DNA of 64,000 nt from Thecamonas trahens ATCC 50062 (Eukaryota; Protista; Apusomonadida): the NCBI RefSeq assembly GCF_000142905.1, contig NW_013657663.1, forward strand, positions 248,001 through 312,000, given 5' to 3'. Each line of letters starts with the position of its first letter. The first letter of the stretch is position 1. Under the pieces are notes generated by a model. The model ran no database searches, was not told the origin of the DNA, and saw only the letters and a list, made by a program, of their open reading frames with translations. The position numbers and the translations under genes are program-made. This document shows positions 28,701 to 42,356 of this stretch, in pieces.

Positions 28701-31700
28701 CACTCTTCGAGGCCCGCCTCGAACTCCGCGAGCCCGAGGTGGTGTATGACCCGCCGCTGCTCGCCTCGTCTGAGGCCGACCTCAAGCAGATCTTCATCGA
28801 GCTCATGGCCGCCTTTACTAAGATCGGCAAGCTTGTCAAGCGCATCGACTCCAAGCCGGGCTCGAAGAAGGAGAACTACTTCCGCTTCCTCAACGAGGAC
28901 CCGGTCCTCCGCCAGCTCCGCAACGAGATCATCGACAACATCAACGTCACGATCCAGGACTGCCTCCACTTTAAGAACGAGTTCATGGCGTACTCGGACC
29001 TGTGGATCAACGACCGCAACGACTACATGGAGTCGTTCCTCCTCTACGGCAAGGAGCTTGAGCTCGGCGAGGACGAGCTCCTCGAGCACGCTGAAGTCGA
29101 GGAGAACGCGCCCACCCTCGATGACTTTGCCCACCAGATCGACCAGCAGACCAAGTACCTCGAGTCGGTCATGGACATCCAGGACTCGGCCACCTTCCAC
29201 TGGCTCCGCATCAACATCAAGCCGTTCAAGACCTCGCTCTCCAACGTCATCCGCAAGTGGCGTCTCATGTTCACCGACTACCTCTACAACGACGTCGTTG
29301 GCTCGCTCACCTCGCTTGCCGACTTTATCGACACCACCCGTGCCGGCCTCCTCCGCGACGTCAAGGAGGGCGACTACGCCGCCCTCGTCGAGACCATGGG
29401 CGTTCTCCGCGACGTCCGCTCGCGCATCGACGCCACAGACTCGATGTTCAAGCCGCTCCACGACAAGATCACCATGCTCAAGGAGTACAACATCGAGATG
29501 CCCGGCTCGGTCGTCGACCAACTCAACGACCTCCCGCAAGAGTGGACAAACCTCAAGCGCTCCATGTATGCCGTCCGCGACAAGCTCACCCCGCTGCAGC
29601 AAATCGAGGTCGCCAAGATCAAGAAGCGCCGCGAGGCCTTTATGCGCGAGGTCGCCGCCTTCCGGGTCTCCTTTGAGCGGACCGCGCCCGTCGCTTGGGC
29701 CCTCGACCAGCTCGAGGCGTACACCACCATCGACGCCACGTTTTCCAAGCTCCACGAGCTCGAGCTTGCTGCCGCCGACCTCGCCGACCAGGAGGAGCTC
29801 TTTGAGCTCACCGTCACCACCTACAAGGAGCTGCCGGAGACCCGCAAGGAGCTGCTCCACTTTAAGGCCCTCTGGGACATGATCTCGCTCGTCCGCTACC
29901 AGTTTGAGGAGTGGCGCTCCACTCTTTGGACTCACATCGATACCGAGCAGATGGACGCCGACTGCAAGTCGTTCCTCAAGCAGATTCGCTCGCTCCCGCG
30001 CGAGACAAAGCGCTGGGACGCCCGCGCCGGCCTCGACGTCTACCTCAAGAACCTTCTCAAGTCGCTCCGCTCCATCTCGGACCTCCGCTCCGACGCCCTC
30101 CGCCAGCGCCACTGGGACGAGCTCATGCGCGAGACTGGCGTCCGCATCGACATCTCGGGTGAGGTCTACCTCAAGGACCTCCTCGCCCTCGAGCTGCACA
30201 AGTACGAAGAAGTCGTCTCCAACATTGTCGACTCGGCCCAGAAGGAGCTGCGCATGGAGAGCGCACTTGCTGACATTGCCGAGACCTGGCGGACCATGGA
30301 GTTCTCGTACGAGGCCCACACCGATGGCACTCCGCTCCTCAAGCCCGACGACGACCTCATCGAGACGCTCGAGGAGAACATGGTCAAGCTGCAGAACATG
30401 CTCTCGTCCAAGTCGGTTGCCTACTTTCTCGACAAGATCGAGACGTGGCAGTCCAAGCTCTCCAACGTCGACACCGTCCTCCACCTTTGGCTTGAGGTCC
30501 AGCGGACTTGGCTTCACATGGAGTCGATCTTTATCGGCTCCGAGGACATCCGCGAGCAGCTCCCGGCAGACTCGAAGCGCTTTGACCGCATCGACGCAGA
30601 CTGGAAGACGCTCATGGCGTCGGCAGAGGGTGTGACCAACGTCATCGAAGTCACCGCCGCCCCGGGCCGGGCTGCCAAGCTCACCAAGCTCGAGGAGGCT
30701 CTCGAGGTCTGCGCCAAGGCCCTCGAGCAGTACCTCGAGACCAAGCGCCTCGCCTTTCCGCGCTTTTACTTTATCTCGGTCAACGACCTGCTCGACATCC
30801 TCTCCAAGGGCAACGACCCGGCGGCCATCATGATCCACATTCCCAAGCTCTTTGACAACATCAAGTACCTCGACTTTGCCGTCGACGAAGAGACAGGCGA
30901 GCCTTCCAAGACCGCTATCGCCATGCACTCGGCAGAGGGCGAGGTCGTCAAGCTCAACGTTCCCTGCGAATGCTCCGGCCAAGTCGAGGTCTGGCTCAAC
31001 CGCCTCATCGACTCGATGCGCACTTCCCTCCGCAACATCCTCGCCGAGGCCTACGTCGCGTACGAGGAGAACCCGCGCGTCGACTGGCTTCTCGAGTACC
31101 CGGCTCAGATTGCGCTTGCCGGCTCGCAGATCTGGTTTGCCCAGGAAGTCGACCAGGCTTTTGAACGCCTCGTCGACGGCTACGAGGCCTCGCTCAAGGA
31201 CTACCTCAAGAAGGTCCTCGCGCAGCTCCACGAGCTCATCCAAATGCTACAGGGCGACATGGGCAAGCTCGACCGGAAGAAGATCATGACCATCTGCACG
31301 TACGACACCCACTCGCGCGACGTTCTTCGCAACCTCATTGCAGACAAGAAGGTCGAGAACCGCATGGCCTTTGGCTGGCAGTCGCAGCTCCGCCTCCGCT
31401 GGGACGACGACAAGGCCGACTGCTTCCTCTCCATCTGCGATGCCGAGTTCCAGTACCAGTACGAGTACCTCGGCAACCAGACCCGCCTCGTCATCACCCC
31501 GCTCACTGACCGTTGCTACATCACCCTCACCCAGTCGCTCCGCCTCGTCATGGGTGGCTCACCGGCAGGGCCCGCCGGTACCGGTAAGACCGAGACGACC
31601 AAAGACCTTGGTCGCGTCATGGGCATCCGCGTCCTCGTCCAGAACTGCTCGCCGCAGCAGACGTACCTCGACCTGGCCAACATCTTCAAGGGCCTCGCCC

Positions 31701-34700
31701 AGTCGGGCATGTGGGGCTGCTTTGATGAATTCAACCGTATCTCCATCGAAGTGCTCTCGGTCGTCTCCACCCAGGTCAAGTCCATTCTCGACGCCATTCG
31801 CGCCCGCAAGTCGCGCTTCCTCTTTATGGGCGACGAGATTTCACTCAACAAGAACGTCGGCATGTTCATCACTATGAATCCCGGCTACGCCGGTCGTACC
31901 GAGCTGCCCGACAACCTCAAGTCGCTCTTCCGCCCGGTCTCCATGGTCGTGCCCGACCTCGACCGCATTTGCGAGATCATGCTCATTGCCGAAGGCTTCG
32001 AGAACGCCCAGGACCTGGCCCTCAAGTTCACCACGCTCTACGCCCTCACCTCGGAGCTCCTCTCCAAGCAGGACCACTACGACTGGGGCCTCCGCGCCAT
32101 CAAATCGGTCCTCGTCGTTGCAGGTCCGCTCAAGCGTGCCGAGCCGCACCTCTCCGAAGAGGCCATTCTCATGCGTGCGCTCCGTGACTTTAACCTGCCC
32201 AAGATTGTGTCGGAGGACGTCTCGGTCTTTATGAACCTCATCAACGACCTCTTCCCCGACATTGCCCTCGACCGCAAGGTCGACGCCGTCTTTGAGGACA
32301 CCATCACGCAGGTCCTCGTCGAGTCAGGCCTCCAGCCCGAGCCCATCTTTGTGCTCAAGGTTGTCCAGCTCGCCGAAATCCTCAACGTCCGTCACTCGGT
32401 CTTCATCATCGGGCCTTCTGGCTCGGGCAAGTCGCAGGTGTGGAAGACGCTTGCCAAGACCCAGACCCGGATGGGCTCCAAGACACTTGTCCGCGATATC
32501 TCGCCCAAGTCGGTCTCCACCAACGAGCTCTACGGTTTCTCAAACCCGGTCACCAAGGAGTACACCGACGGACTCCTCTCCAAGATCATGCGCGATCTCA
32601 AGGACATGCCCGACTCGAACCCCAAGTGGATTGTGCTTGACGGCGACATCGACCCCGACTGGATCGAGTCGCTCAACACGGTCATGGACGACAACAAGGT
32701 CCTCACACTGCCGTCCAACGAGCGTATCGACCTCCTTGCCCACATGCGGCTCATCTTTGAGGTCGGCGGCCTCAAGCACGCCACCCCGGCCACGGTCTCA
32801 CGTGCCGGCATCCTCTTCCTCAACGAGTCGGACCTCGGCTGGGGCCCGTTCCACCTCTCGTGGATCAACGCGCGCTCCAACGTCGGTGAGACCTCGAACC
32901 TCACCGTGCTCTTTGACAAGTACGTGGCCAACATCCTCGAGTTTATCAACAAGAACCTCGCCCACGTCATTCCGCTCTCCAACTTTGCCATGGTTCAGTC
33001 GCTCTGCAACTTGCTCGACGGCCTTCTCACTCCGGCCAACGTCCCGCCGGGCTCGGACAAGGAGCTCTACGAGTACTACTTTTGCTTTGCCTGCGTCTGG
33101 GCCTTTGGTGGTGCCTTTGTCAACGAGGGCTCGGTCACCAAGCACCGCGCAGAGTTCTCATCGTTCCTCAAGTCGAGACTCGCGCCGTCAAGTTCCCCTC
33201 GGCCGGCACCGTCTACGACTACTACGTCGACTCGTCCGGCCGCTGGGCGCCATGGACCGATCTCGTTCCGGCCTACGAGCACGACCTCGACGCCATTGTC
33301 TCGCGCTCGTTTGTGCCGACCGCTGAGACCGAGCGCCTCCGCTACTTCCTCAACGTCCTCGTCTCGGTCGGCAAGCCGGCCATGCTGGTCGGTGGCGCAG
33401 GCTGCGGTAAGACCATGCTCCTCAAGGACGTCATCTCGGCGCTGGACGACACCGAGTACATGTCGGTTGGCATCAACCTCAACTACTACACCACCTCGGC
33501 CATGCTGCAGTCGATCATGGACGCGCCGCTCGAGCGCAAGATGCGCCGCGACTTTGGCCCGCCCGGCATGAAAAAGCTCATCTACTTTGTCGACGACTTC
33601 AACATGCCCATGCTCGACACCTACGATACTCAGACCCCGCTCACCCTCATCCGGCAGCACATCGACTTTGGCCACTGGTACGACCGCGAAAAGTGGGAGC
33701 TCCGCAACGTGCTCCGCTGCCAGTACCTCGCCGCCATGAACCCGTCGACCGGTACCTTTACCATTGACCCGCGCCTCCAGCGGCACTTTACCACCCTCGC
33801 CGTCGAGTTCCCCTCCAAGGACGCCCTCTCGCACATCTACACCTCCATCCTGAACGCTCACCTGGCCGAGTTCCGCGGTGGTGTGGCCAAGATGGCGCCG
33901 TCGCTGGTCGAGGCTGCATACCAGCTCCACACCCTCGTTGCCAACACCTTCCTTCCCACCGCCATCAAGTTCCACTACCAGTTCAACCTCCGCGACCTCG
34001 CGTCCATCGTCCAGGGCCTCCTCGAGTCGCAGCGCGGCATCATCAAGGAGCCTGTCGAGATGGTTCGCCTCCTCGCCCACGAGTGCCGCCGCAACTATGC
34101 CGACGTTCTGACCACCATGGACGAGATCTCCCGGTTCGAGACCTTCCTCGCCGACATGGTCCGCAAGAATTTTTCCTCGGAGTTCCGCATCAAGGACGAG
34201 GACGTGCTCCTCGAGCCGCTCCTCTTTGCACACTTTGCGCAGGGCGTCGGTGACAACACCTACGCCCGCGTCCCCTCGTTCGACTCGCTCCACGCCATCC
34301 TCACCGAGGCCCTCGAGCAGTACAACGAGCTCAACGCGGAGATGGACCTCGTGCTCTTCCAGGACGCCATGGAGCACGTCTGCCGCATCTCGCGCATCAT
34401 CATGAATGGCGAGGGCAACGCCCTGCTCGTCGGCGTCGGTGGCTCGGGCAAGCAGTCGCTCTCGCGCCTAGCCGCGTCCATCAACTCGTTCGAGGTCTTC
34501 CAGATCCAGGTCAAGGCCAACTACGGTGTGCCCGAGCTCAAGACTGACCTCATGGCCCTGTACAACAAGGCCGGCCTCCGTGGCGACGACGTGGTCTTCC
34601 TCCTCACCGACACTCAGATCGTCAACGAGGCCTTCCTCATCTACGTCAACGACCTGCTCTCTTCCGGTGACATCCCCGACCTCTTTGCGCCCGAGGACAA

Positions 34701-37700
34701 GGACAACATCGTGGCCTCCATCCGGACCGAGGTCAAGCAGGCCGGCATTATGGACACCCGTGACAACTGCTGGGCCTACTTTATCTCCAAGGTCCAGCGC
34801 CACCTCCACGTTGTCCTCTGCTTCTCGCCGGTCGGCGAAGCCTTCCGCTCGCGCTACCGCAAGTTCCCGGCCCTCGTCAACAACTGCTCCATCGACTGGT
34901 TCCACCCCTGGCCGCATGAGGCTCTCGTCTCGGTCGCCTCGTACTTCCTCAAGGACACCGACCTCGCGTCCGACGACATCAAGAACTCTGTTGTTCTCTT
35001 TATGGCCGAGTGCCACCGCTCTGTCGAGGCCGCATCGACCACGTTCAAGGAAGTCTACCGCCGCCACAACTACACCACGCCCAAGTCGTTCCTTGAGCTC
35101 ATCAAGCTGTACAAGATCAAGCTCGAGGAGCGTCGCGACCATATCATCCAGGAGCGCAACCGCCTCACCTCGGGTCTCGACCGCCTCGAGTCGGCCGCCG
35201 ACCAGGTTGCCCAGCTCCACGAGCGTCTCGCCCTTGAAAAGGCCGAGCTCGAGGAGCGCTCCAAGGTCACACAGGACCTTGTCGAGCAACTCGCTGCTGA
35301 TACCGAAAAGGTCAACGCCGAGCGCGAGGCCGCTGAGGAAGAGGAGCGCAAGACGGATCTCGTCGCCCAGGAGGTCGCCAAGCGCCAGGCTGCGTGTGAC
35401 GAGGACCTCAAGCTCGCCGAGCCGGCCCTCATCAAGGCCATGGAGGCGCTTGACACCTTTGACCGTGACGACATTGTCTTTGTCCGCTCGCTCCCAGCAC
35501 CGCCCAAGGCCGTCGTCAAGGTCCTCGCCGCGGTCATGGTCCTCATGTCGCCGCCGGGCCGCCTCCGGCGCGACGTCTCGTGGGCCTCGGCCAAGAAGAC
35601 CATGAAGGACGTGAACCGGTTCATGGAGTCGCTCAAGGAGTTTGACAAGGACAACATTCCTCCCGAGAACCTCCGCGAGCTCGAGCGCAAGTACCTCAAT
35701 GATCCCGAGTTCAACTTTGACTCGATGGTGTCCAAGTCCAAGGCCGCCGCCGGTCTCTGCGACTTTGTCATCAACATTGTCGAGTACCACCGCATTTACG
35801 TCGTGGTCCAGCCGAAGCGCGATGCTCTCGCCGAGGCCACCCAGCAGCTCGAGGTGGCCCAGGCCAAGCTCGACTCGGTCAAGAAGCGCGTCGGTGCCCT
35901 CAAGCGCAACCTCGAGGAGCTGACCGCCAAGTTTGAGCGCGCCAACGCAGACAAGATGGCCATGGAGGCCCAGGCTGAGCAGACCGCGCTCACCATCCAG
36001 CTCGCTGATCGCCTCGTTGCAGGCCTCGCCGGCGAGAAGGTCCGCTGGTCGCAGGAGGTCGACAGCCTGCGCGTCCAGGAGTCGACCCTCGTGGGCGACG
36101 TCCTCGCGGCGGCTGCCTTTATCTCGTACATTGGCCCGTTCAACCGTCCGCTCCGTGAGGACCTTGTCCAGGTCCAGTGGCTCCCGTGGCTCCTCGAGCA
36201 CAAGGTCCCGCTCTCAGACAACTACGACCCGCTCGACATTCTCACTTCGGACGCCCAGATTGCGCAGTGGAACAACGAGGGTCTCCCCACCGACCGCGTC
36301 TCGCTCGAGAATGCCGCCATCTGCGCCAACTGTGAGCGCTGGCCGCTCATCGTCGACCCGCAGAACCAGGCTGTGGTCTGGCTCCGCGCCCGCGCCGGCT
36401 TTGAGGACATGATCTCGCTGCAGATGACCAAGGACGGGTACCTCTCCTCGGTTGTCGACGCGCTCTCCGACGGCGGTGCCGTCCTCCTCGAGGACGTCCG
36501 CGAGGAGATCGATCCCATGCTCGGCCCGGTCATGGGCCGCAACGTCTTCCGCCGCGGCAACGAGGAGGTCATCATTGTGGGTGGCCAGGAGCGCTCGTTC
36601 TCGCGCAACTTTAAGATGTTCATGGTGACCAAAATGGGCAACCCGCACTTCCGGCCCGAGGTCCAGGCCCAGACCACGCTCATCAACTTTACCGTGACCG
36701 AGGACGGCCTCGAGGACCAGCTCCTCGCGACCGTTGTCAAGAACGAGCGGCCCGACCTTGAGGCTGAGCGCTCTGAGCTCATCCGCCAGCAGAACGAGTT
36801 TGAGATCAAGCTCAAGGAGCTCGAGTCGTCGCTCCTGCAAAAGCTGCAGGAGGCTGAAGGCGACTTCCTCTCGGACACCGCCCTCGTCGAGAACTTGGAG
36901 ACAACCAAGGCGCTTGCTGACGACATCAACGCCAAGAAGAAGCAGGCCATTGAGACGCGCATTGCACTCAACAAGATCCGTGACAACTACCGCCCGGTGG
37001 CGTCGCGCGGCTCGCTCCTCTACTTCCTGCTCAATGACCTTGCCGAGGTCGACCACATGTACCAGTACTCGCTTGACGCCTTTGCGCTTGTCTTTGAGCG
37101 GGCCATGGGCGGCGCCGAGGAGTCTGAGGACGTGGCCGAGCGCGTGCGCTCGCTTACCAACTCGATCACCTTTGCCGTCTTCTCGTACGCCGCTCGTGGT
37201 CTCTTTGAGCGTCACAAGCTCATCTTTGCTTCGCTCCTCTGCTTCCGCATCCTCCGCTCGCTTGACGAGGTCGACGCCGCTGAGCTCGAGTTCCTCGTCC
37301 GCGGCAAGGACGCCGGCGAGGTCTCGTCGCCGCTCGAGTGGTGCTCGTCGGCCGCCTGGTCGATGGTTGTCGAGCTCTCCAAGCTTCCGGCCTTCAAGCG
37401 GCTCGCCGACGACATCGAGGGTTCGTCGGCTCGCTGGCGCAAGTGGTGCGAGGAGCCATACCCGGAGGACGTGCCCATGCCGCAGGACTGGAAGCACCGC
37501 CAGAACGTGCAGAAGCTCTGCATCATCCGCTGCCTCCGCCCGGACCGCCTCATTGCCGCCCTCATTCAGTTCATCACCGAGTCGCCGCATCTCGGCGTCC
37601 AGTACGTCGACTACAAGCATGAGCCGATCTGGAAGACGTTTGAAGAGACGTCGCCGTCGACGCCGCTGTTCTTCATCCTCTCGCCGGGTGTCGACCCGCT

Positions 37701-39446
37701 CAAGGACCTCGAGGCCCTTGGCCGGCGGCGCGGCTTCACCCTCGACAACGGCAAGCTCGTCTCGATCTCGCTCGGCCAGGGCCAGGACGGCATCGCGCTC
37801 GCTGCGCTCGACAAGGCCTACACCGAGGGCACGTGGGTCATGCTCGGCAACATTCACCTCATGATCTCGTGGCTCCCCACGCTTGAAAAGAAGATGGCTC
37901 AGCTCCGCGGCGGCGCCCATCCGGACTTCCGGCTCTTCCTCTCGGCCGAGCCGTCAAGCCAGGCCCAGTCCCAGATTCCAGTGGCCATTCTTCAGCAGTG
38001 CATCAAGGTGACCAACGAGCCGCCGCGTGGCATCCGCGCCTCGATGCTCCGCGCGCTCGACAACTTTGACCAGGACGCGCTGGAGCGGTCGTCCAAGGAA
38101 ACCGAGTACCACGCCATCCTCTTCTCCATGTGCTTCTTCCACGCGCAAGTTCTCGAGCGCCGCAAGTTTGGCCCGCAGGGCTGGAACATCCCGTACCCGT
38201 TCAACACCGGCGACCTCACCATCTCCATGGACGTGCTCATCAACTACCTCGAGATCAACACCCGTGTCCCGTGGGAGGATCTGAAGTACATCTTTGGCGA
38301 GATCATGTACGGTGGCCACATCTCCGACGACTGGGACCGCCGCCTCTGCATGACCTACCTCGAGGGCTTCCTCAAGGACGAGCTTCTCAACGACGAGATC
38401 GAGCTCGCCGACGGCTTCCCCTCCCGCCGCACGGCTCGCTTGCCTCTTACCGCGAGTACATTGTCGAGTTCCTGCCGGCCGAGTCGCCGTCCATGTTTGG
38501 CATGCCTCGCAATGCCGAGACCGGCTTCCTCACCCAGCAGGCCGCCACCCTCTTCCGCACCATTCTCTCGCTTCAGCCGCAGATCGGCGGCGGCGCCGTG
38601 GCCGAGACCAAGGAGGAGCGCGTGCTGACCGTCATGACCGAGATCCTCGACTCGATCAACGATGATACCCTGTTCAACATGACCGAGCTCTACCTCGAGG
38701 CCGAGGACAAGATGGCCGACCCCTACGTTGTCGTCGCCCTCCAGGAGGCCGACCGCATGAACATGCTCGTGTCGGAGATCCTCCGCTCACTCCGCGAGCT
38801 CGACCTCGGCCTCCGCGGCGACCTCATGATGTCGCCGGCCATGGAGCGCCTCCTCCTCGAGCTCTACACCAACAAGGTGCCCGAGTCCTGGGCCGCCCGC
38901 GCCTACCCGTCGCTCAAGGGCCTCTCGGCCTGGTTCGTCGACCTCAAGAAGCGCATCCGCCAGCTCCAAAAGTGGCTGCAGACCTTCCGCATGCCCACAG
39001 TCATCAACCTGGCCTACTTCTTCAATCCGCAGTCGTTCCTCACTGCCGTCATGCAGGCCACCGCCCGCAAGAACTCGCTCCCGCTCGACTCGATGCGCCT
39101 CGTCACCGACGTCACCAAGCGCAAGCCGTCCGACATCTCCACCTCACGTCTCGAGGGCGCCTACATCACTGGCCTCAACCTCGAGGGCGCCCGCTGGGAC
39201 ACCCCGACCTCGCAGCTTGTCGAGGCCGACTCGCGCTCGCTTGTCTGCGACATGCCCGTTGTCTACGTCCGTGCCGTCACCCAGGACAAGTTCAACACCC
39301 AGGGCATGTACGAGTGCCCGGTGTACAAAACCCGTCGCCGCGGTGGTGAGGCCGGCGGCTTTGTCTGGGCCTTCTTCCTCCGCACAAAGGCTCCGCCCTC
39401 GACCTGGATTAAGGCCGGTGCCGCCATCCTGCTCTCTGCCGAGTAG
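25739..39446 (+). CDS. Axonemal outer-arm dynein heavy chain (beta/DNAH9-11-17 class), intronless, about 4570 codons; one-base frameshifts at about 33174 and 38423
   Basis: N-terminal tail (ESAVIEWTHQV, ELDFW), KRLAFPRFYF, P1 GPAGTGKTET, CFDEFNRI, P2 GPSGSGKS, P3 GGAGCGKT, P4 GVGGSGKQS, stalk, and C-terminal YECPVYKT...W..AGAAILL. The three ORFs join seamlessly (KSETRAVKFPSAGTVYDYY; GFPSPPHGSLASYREYI). Confidence 0.96.
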
Positions 39447-39629
39447 TCCTTGCTACAGACGAAACAAACGAATTCACCATTCCTCTCCTTGCCTTGAGCC
39501 GCCCCAGCCGCAGCCATGCGTCACCGATCGCCCGCGCGTGGCGGCAGCCGAGCCTGAAAGCACTTCCCCATGTACTGTGTTGATGCTCCCTTTGAGGCGC
39601 GCGACAACGACCATACCGTTACGGGGTTT

Positions 39630-42032
39630 TTACTTGAATGCAGCCAAAACAGTCTCGGCAGCAGCAACAAGACTTGCCACATACCGCACCACGCCCTCAT
39701 CCGCCGGACAAGACACATCGACGCTCTCGGCCGCAGCCGCCAGCGCACGCCGCTCCTCGACAACGCCGATGAGCATCTCGTAACCGGCTTGCGCCACCTC
39801 GTCGCCTGGCGCCTGCGTGGCGTCGCCATACAGTGCGCGTGCCATTGTAGCCCGCCACTTGGCAGGCCCGTCGCCCAGCGCAAACTGCAGGCGCACCTCG
39901 TCACCGTCATCGGCGCTCAGCTGAAGCTCGAGCACGTCGTTGGTGTTGCCTGGTGCCGCTGCACCAAACCGGAGCGCAGCCTCTGCATTCGATGCCTCCA
40001 CAAGCGGTGCATTGGGGATTGGCACGCCTGGTGTGGTGTTCTCGCTGAGCCACACGCTCACAACCTCGTAGCTGCCATCAAGCCGCGCCACAGCGTATGC
40101 GTCAGCATGAGGCGAGTAGACAAAGGCCGACGGGTGGATCGGAAGGAAGACAAGGTCGCTCGTCCGCCCCGCAACAGCCATGGCGTGGAGGTCGACGCAC
40201 GCACTCGCCCACAGATACCGCGGCCAGGCAAGGAGCGCAAGTGTCTCCTCTGCTAGCCCGAGGCTCTCGGCGCTCAGCGCTGCCACAACCGCATCGTACT
40301 CGGTCTTGGCTACAGTCATGGCGTCGACAAGAGCGGGAAAGAGCGGCGTAGCGGCGAGGACGTTGCGCATGCTGGGCGAGGCGAAGACTGGGCTGGGATG
40401 CTCGGCTGGCAGCGCCGCCGCCAGCCCATGCAGGGGTGCCGACGGCGTGTGGCGTGCGTAGATAATCCAGATCGCAAATGCGGTGCTGAGCTCCAGCTCG
40501 ACCATCGGGTCCGCCAGCAGCTGGTCGAGCGCTCCCGCCATCCGGTCGCCGCCCGCGGCCCACGGCACGAACGCGCTCCGGGTCAGCGCCGCCGCCTCGG
40601 GAATGCGCAATGGCGAGGAGATGGGCAAATCGAGGCCAACGCTGCTCGCCCACGTCCGCCAGGTTTCAACCTGTTGTGTGCCGGCCTCTGAGCGCGCAGG
40701 CGCCACCCAGAGCTTCTCCGGTTGCAGATCAAGTGCGCCAATCGCCGTCTCGACCGCTGCCATGGCCGCCTCCAGAATAAGGCTCTGGCCGCGGCGGTAG
40801 TAGAGGCAGTGCCGCTCGTCAAGGGTGAGCTCGGCGCCCGAGGCAGGCCAGACGCCAGCATCGAGCACGGCCTCATCGTCTGCCGCCGAGACGCCAGCAG
40901 CGAGATGCCGGGCACGGAAGAGCGCAAGCAAGTGCGTGAGTGCCCGAAGCTTGTGCGTGGAAGCAGTCGTGCCGGACGCATGAGTCCGTGCCTGCGCCTC
41001 GTCGACCAGCGCGTCCGGGAGCGGCGCCGCCAGCGAGAGGTAGTGTCCGGCGCCGCCGGCGCTTAGCTGCACAAAGTACGTGTCCTCGACGACCGACGGT
41101 CCGGCAAAGCCGTAGGTGAGAAGCAGCTTCTCATTGCCCTTGGCATCGCCATAGTTGGAGAAGACTTCGCACCCGGCTGCGGTTGGCGTCCGGGTCTTGA
41201 GCGCAAAGTAGCCGTCGGTGAGCGAGGTGACGTACTCGACGCCGACATCGCCCGAGTGATTGAGGATGTCGGCCAGCGGAACGAGTGCCGCCGAGAGCCG
41301 GAGGTTTCCGGTCGCATCGCGGGCGGGGATCCCATAGCATCGTGACCAGAAGACCGAGTACGCCCAGAGCAGGCTGTCCATATCAAAGACGTCGCCATCC
41401 AGCACACCGCGGGCCACCAGCGGCCGAATGTGCGAGTCATACAGCGCATGCAGGCCACTGCGGATGCCAGCCACAGTCCGTTCCATGTTGGTGCCGGCAA
41501 GCAGGCGGGCCACCTCGGGGCTGTAGGTGACGGGCGTCGAGTCGATGACCTGCGGGAGGAGATCGATGTACGGAGTGTGAAAGGTCGTCCGCTCCGCGCG
41601 TGCATGGATCAGATACAGGTACAGCACCAGCCGCTCCAGCGACGTCGTATGCGTCCGCTCCTCCACCGACGGCCCGTCCAGCGCCTCGCCGTCGTCGCTG
41701 CCATCACCGCCGACGACGTCGTCATCGTCGCCGCCATCACTACCAGCCGGAGTTTCAGCCGATGCCGGCAGCGGGCAATCAGCGTCCGCCCAGGCGGCGA
41801 CCAGCGAGCCAGCAAATGGTGACGAGGCCGCCGTCTCTTGCGTGAGCAGCATGGCCAGCGGGATGCGCAGCAGCTCGTCGCCTCGGGCAACGCCGTCGTC
41901 CTTTGCCGCCGTGATGCCCAGGCCATACCGCGACGGCGCAATGGCCAGGAGCGGATACTGCACCCCGCCTGCATCCAGCCAGGCCTCAAACGCTGCCACC
42001 CGTTCGGTTGTTGCTGCGTCAGGGTGGTACAT
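39630..42032 (-). CDS. SET-domain protein methyltransferase (SETD3/Rubisco-LSMT-like) with a second degenerate SET-like repeat
   Basis: AFEAWL...YGLGITA...LLRIP, FHTPYIDLLP, LLWAYSVFWSR, LVPLADILNHS, EVFSNYG..KGNEKLLLTYGF. The second copy has YLWASACV and SNAEAALRFG. Confidence 0.88.
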   Translation of the reverse strand: MYHPDAATTERVAAFEAWLDAGGVQYPLLAIAPSRYGLGITAAKDDGVARGDELLRIPLAMLLTQETAASSPFAGSLVAAWADADCPLPASAETPAGSDGGDDDDVVGGDGSDDGEALDGPSVEERTHTTSLERLVLYLYLIHARAERTTFHTPYIDLLPQVIDSTPVTYSPEVARLLAGTNMERTVAGIRSGLHALYDSHIRPLVARGVLDGDVFDMDSLLWAYSVFWSRCYGIPARDATGNLRLSAALVPLADILNHSGDVGVEYVTSLTDGYFALKTRTPTAAGCEVFSNYGDAKGNEKLLLTYGFAGPSVVEDTYFVQLSAGGAGHYLSLAAPLPDALVDEAQARTHASGTTASTHKLRALTHLLALFRARHLAAGVSAADDEAVLDAGVWPASGAELTLDERHCLYYRRGQSLILEAAMAAVETAIGALDLQPEKLWVAPARSEAGTQQVETWRTWASSVGLDLPISSPLRIPEAAALTRSAFVPWAAGGDRMAGALDQLLADPMVELELSTAFAIWIIYARHTPSAPLHGLAAALPAEHPSPVFASPSMRNVLAATPLFPALVDAMTVAKTEYDAVVAALSAESLGLAEETLALLAWPRYLWASACVDLHAMAVAGRTSDLVFLPIHPSAFVYSPHADAYAVARLDGSYEVVSVWLSENTTPGVPIPNAPLVEASNAEAALRFGAAAPGNTNDVLELQLSADDGDEVRLQFALGDGPAKWRATMARALYGDATQAPGDEVAQAGYEMLIGVVEERRALAAAAESVDVSCPADEGVVRYVASLVAAAETVLAAFK

Positions 42033-42356
42033 GGTGAAGTCCAGAGAGGAGTGGAGGGTGGGGTTGGGGCTGCTCGGAGACGGGGGGGGGGGGGGGGGGG
42101 TGCACGCGGTGATGGCTGGGATCAAACACACCGCTGCTGCACGATGGCACACGCATCGGCAAGCACATTGCCTGGCACTGCCGCCGCAGGTCACGAATCT
42201 ACATGGAGCACTTTACACACGCAACAACTTCGCCTCTCCCAACTCAACACACGGGCCGAATACAGCACGTGCTCGACGGAGAGCGGGAGATGTGACGGAG
42301 AGATTGGACAAGCGAGAGAGGCGAAGCGTCGGGCGGGGGCACACAGTGCTCTCGAC

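Noticed and set aside
28433-31243. 936-aa minus-strand ORF, and similar long antisense ORFs at 33076-37920, 41838-43952 and 49331-50584
   Set aside because: These are antisense shadows of genes with strong C/G third-position bias. They have no motifs and V/L/E/D-rich shadow composition.
10295-38430. Programmed -1 ribosomal frameshifting at the split genes
   Set aside because: There is no canonical X XXY YYZ heptamer or shared context at the sites. Assembly error is more parsimonious.
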